Made by a program: the position numbers and the translations under genes | Assembly: GCA_951406725.2 (NCBI GenBank) | Contig: OX597823.1 | Location: 98,828,001-98,892,000 of the forward strand | Length of the DNA stretch: 64,000 nt | From: Octopus vulgaris | Lineage: Eukaryota | Direction of reading: 5' to 3' | Notes under the pieces: model-generated | The model's database searches: none | Seen by the model: the letters and a program-made list of their open reading frames with translations, nothing else | What the model was told of the DNA's origin: nothing | Shown here: positions 60,090 through 64,000 of the stretch, piece by piece | Layout: the number at the start of each line of letters is the position of its first letter | How positions within the stretch are numbered: position 1 is the stretch's first letter

Positions 60090-60199
60090 TACTACTACTA
60101 TTGTTATTATTACTACTACTACTATTATTATTATTACTATTATTATTATTATCTATATATATAAAAGAGAGTTGGGGGGGGCATGCATACATATGTTCC

Positions 60200-61082
60200 T
60201 AATGTATTCAAAAACTGAGTTCCTGATTTTGATGTAAGGGATATCAAAAGATCACGTAATCTTTCGGCTATCAAATAAACTTTTTCATTTACATATTTGC
60301 ATCACAAAAATTTAACATTATAATCTTTTCTGTAACACAACTATCATAAACATTTTATACCACAATGATGACATCACATTTTCCTTATGAGTGTGTACCT
60401 TAAAAGACATCCATTTTCTCTATATGTTATGAGAAAATACAGTCACCCACTCTCTCCCCCATGCACACGCACACATATATACAAAAAAGACGTATGCATA
60501 TGTATTTATGTACATGTATATGAAAGATAATGTGTGTGTGAGAGACAGAGAGCGGCTGAGTGCCACTTATACATACATGCAAAAAAACATACATGACAAC
60601 ACACACCTTCAATCACTCTTTTTCTCTCTTTCTCACACATATACGTACATACACACACATCCATTTCATATACACGTACATACCTCTTTCACTTTCTGCT
60701 CTCACTTCAAAGCAAATATCGCCTTTTCACTTTCTCTACTCTTTCAATTTCTGCTCTTTTCAAAGCATAAAGAAACAAAAATTTTTTAGGAAAATTAATG
60801 AATGCATTTGAAAACTGAGTCACCAATTTTGACATGTGGGGTATCAAAAGATTCAGAAATCTTTCAGCTGCCAAATAAACTTTATTTTCACTTGCACATT
60901 TGCATTACAAAAATTTAACATTATAATCTTTCTATAAGTCAACTATCGTAAACAACATTTTATACCACGACGAAGACATTACATTTTGTATATGAGTATG
61001 TACCTTAAAAGACATTCATTTTCTCTATATGTTATGAGGAAATACAGTCACTCACTCTCTCTCTCACACACGCAAACTCACA

Positions 61083-61122
<40 letters not shown>

Positions 61123-61260
61123 CAAAAAAGATGTATGCATATGTATTTATGTTCGTGTATATGAAAGATAATGTGTGTGAGAGACAAAGAGAGACCAAGT
61201 GAGTGCAACTTACATATACATGCAAAAAATGCATACATGACAACACACACCTTCACTCAC

Positions 61261-61301
<41 letters not shown>

Positions 61302-61990
61302 TGCATGCATCCATTTCATATACATGTACATACATCTTTCACTTTCTTCTCTCATTTCAAAGTAAATGTCACCTTTTCACTTTCTCTTCTCTTCCAATTT
61401 CTGCTTGATTCAAACCATAAAGAAACAAAAAATTTTATGGAAATTAGTGAATGCATTCAAAAACTGAGTTGCCAATTTTGACATATGGGGCATCAATATT
61501 TTTAGTAATCTTTCAGCTACCAAATAAACTTTATTTTCATTTACATATTTGCATTACAAAAATTTTACATTATAATCTTTCTATAAGTCAACTATCATAA
61601 ACAACATTTTCTACGAGTGTATACCTTAAAAGTCATCCATTTCTCTAAATGTTATGAGGAAATATGCTCACTCACTTTCATTCTTACATGTACATGTACA
61701 TACAAAAAAGATGAATGCATATGTATTTATGTAAGTGTATATGAAAGATAATGTGTGCGCTTTGTGTGTGTGAGTGAGAGAGAGAGAGAGAGAGCAAGTG
61801 AATGCCACTTACATATACATGCAAAAAAATATATACATGACAACTCACCCACCCACCCGCCCACCCACCCACTCACTCACTCACTCACTCACTCACTCAC
61901 TCACTCACTCACTCACTCACTCTCACTCTCTCTCTCTCTCACTTTCTGCTCTCTTCAAAGCATAAAGAGATAAAAAGTTTTTACGGAAAT
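60200..61990. repeat. Three diverged tandem copies of a ~600-650-bp unit with internal CA/GA/TC microsatellites
   Basis: AAAACTGAGT...ATCTTTCRGCT...CAAATAAACTTT recurs at ~60209, ~60811 and ~61459. Confidence 0.85.
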
Positions 61991-62526
61991 TAACAAACAA
62001 TCATAAGACCCCATATGATCAGCCATATGATTGAGTTGACAACTTTCCTGCTTCAAACAAAAGAATGCTGTAAAATAACTTCTTTTGGTGCACACACACA
62101 CACTCTAGGTAAAACTTCTGTATGAATTAAGTTATTTCTTGCTGCGTGTATGTGCAAAATTACAGCTCAAATCCAATTGAAATCACCTTTTTCTATTCTG
62201 TAATCATGTTTGTAGTGACCATATTTAAAAACCTGATCTTCACTATAAACTTAAAAGGAAATTCTCCTAGAAATTCTGTCCTTTACCTGTTGTTTCTAGC
62301 ATGTCCGAGGTTACATTTGTGCCCTCACCCCTATTTTCTTTCCTAAATTTCTTCTGCTTTCAATACAGGAGATTAGGATTTTGCCCAAAAAACATGTTCT
62401 TAATAATTTAATTTTCCCCCTCTCCATCCCAATTTCTTCATGTTTTACTTTTTTACAAAATTTTTTTTGTTAATCCACAGAGAAAAAAAACAGAGAGTAC
62501 AAATCTTGAAGAATTTTCTTCTTTCT

Positions 62527-62852
62527 TTTTTCTTAAAGAAACATTAAAATCTCCTTCCCAAACATCCACCAATCACCTCACCACTTTCAAAAAGCTACAA
62601 ACTCCCAATGTTTCACTTTTGGCTTTTTGAAAAGCAGGGAAGTTTCTTCAGGAATAATGTCATGTACCTGGTGTTTCTAGCATATTGAGTTTTCTGGTGA
62701 TGATCTGGTATTTTTTTACATCTGCTATTTCAGTACAATTCTACATATGTGTTAAACATCAGACGAAAGTGAAAGATAGGGTGTTTTTAGCTTTTTGAAA
62801 GTGGGTGGGTGATGGGTGGGTAAGGTGGGCAGTGAGTGTTTCTTTAAGAAAA
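62527..62852. repeat. Degenerate inverted repeat
   Basis: TTTTCTTAAAGAAACA...CACTTTCAAAAAGCTA mirrored by TAGCTTTTTGAAAGTG...TGTTTCTTTAAGAAAA. Confidence 0.6.
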
Positions 62853-62879
62853 ATTAAACTTTAAAAAATATATATATTT

Positions 62880-63176
62880 CCCAGATCGTTACCAACGTCG
62901 GCTTACTGGCACCTGTGCCGGTGGCATGTGTAAAAAGATTTGAGTGAGGTCATTGCCAGTACCGCCTGACTGGCCCCCATGCAGGTGGCACGTAAAAAGC
63001 ACCCACTACACTCTCAAAGTGGTTGGTGTTAGGAAGGGCATCCAGCTGTAGAAACTCTGCCAGATCAAGATTGGAGCCTGGTGCAGCCATCTGGTTTGCC
63101 AGATCTCAGTCAAAATCGTCTAACCTATGCTAGCATGGAAAGCGGACGTTAAACAATGATGATGATGATAATGATG
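62880..63176 (+). mobile_element. RTE-LINE 3' UTR fragment with (TGA)n tail
   Basis: Matches 40590-40817. Confidence 0.8.
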
Positions 63177-64000
63177 ACTCCACCGGGTCTTTCCTCTCAG
63201 AATATCAAAGGGGATTCTCTCTGCCAATGAAGAGTAGATAGTAGGATGCTTGCATGATAGTGAGACAAGGGCACTGAATGAGGGGGATGTGAGAAGTTCT
63301 GGGGAGATATGAAGCAAACCTGTTCTGTTGGATGATGATATTAGTGAGCATGAGCAAAGAAGACATGGTCAGAAACAATGACAGCTGATCTCAGGATGTT
63401 GAACATTACAGAAGATGTAACAAAGCAATACAACAAATGGCATGATGCTGTGTTGGAGAAGACCTGTTCAACCCATGCAAGAATGAGAAAGCAGATATTA
63501 AATGATGATGATGATGATATCTAGACTGCAGTTCTAAAACAGTTAATATATATATATTTATTAAAGTTTACTCCAAATATTACAGTTTTCTACCAAATTA
63601 AATTTTTTTGAATACAAAATAATTTTCACTTGACTTTTTTTTTCTTTTACAAAACACTTTTTTTTTTCTCTTTGAAGAAATAAATTTGTTTCTTATAACA
63701 TACATCCTGTTAAGACATTCCAAAATAATAAAAAAAAATTTCAAAACATTCATTTTTCATTATGTAGGAAAATATTAAGTTACTTGTATTAAAATTTGCA
63801 GCCATTCTTCAATTTCTTATGATGAAAACTGAAGCAGTGCTAGCAATATATTTAATCTCATATGAGCTCAGCAGTGTGTCAAAGATAGAGTTCAGTAAAA
63901 TAAATAGTAGATCACAGTCAATTTTCAAGTGCTTCAGGGTTGTCAAACTACACTCTCATACTTAACTCTGGGACCACCGCCTTCTAACACATGCAAGTAC

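Noticed and set aside
62694-62770. GTGATGA-TCTGGT…ATCAGA-CGAAA in the spacer of the 62527-62852 inverted repeat
   Set aside because: G3 cannot pair with G8, and there is no stem III, UH or stem I; probably chance.

Overview
AT-rich, microsatellite- and transposon-dense animal DNA. The SINE/RTE/Penelope repeat mix suggests an octopus, but that is inference. The window holds two tandem, same-strand (+) multi-exon SLC22 (organic cation/anion transporter-like, MFS) genes. Gene A has its last 7 exons in the window (151-19358); gene B is complete (10 exons, 25147-59197, 1653-nt CDS, 550 aa). The two share intron phases and most exon lengths. Introns and the intergenic region carry a Tc1/mariner relic, two Gypsy relics, RTE and R4/Dong-like LINEs, tRNA-derived SINEs, MITEs, a 35-bp minisatellite and a young, 5'-truncated Penelope-like (GIY-YIG) retroelement with an ~815-bp inverted duplication. 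The main hidden signal is a set of about ten minimal type I hammerhead ribozyme (HHR) loci, found by reading the sequence, that belong to several unrelated foldback elements. Their catalytic-core 3-8 pair co-varies (C3-G8, U3-A8, A3-U8). They include intact-looking copies in the Penelope terminal repeat (53582-53621 / 51834-51873) and in a non-coding, circularly permuted ~365-nt retrozyme-like unit (58183-58983). Ribozyme activity is predicted from sequence only.
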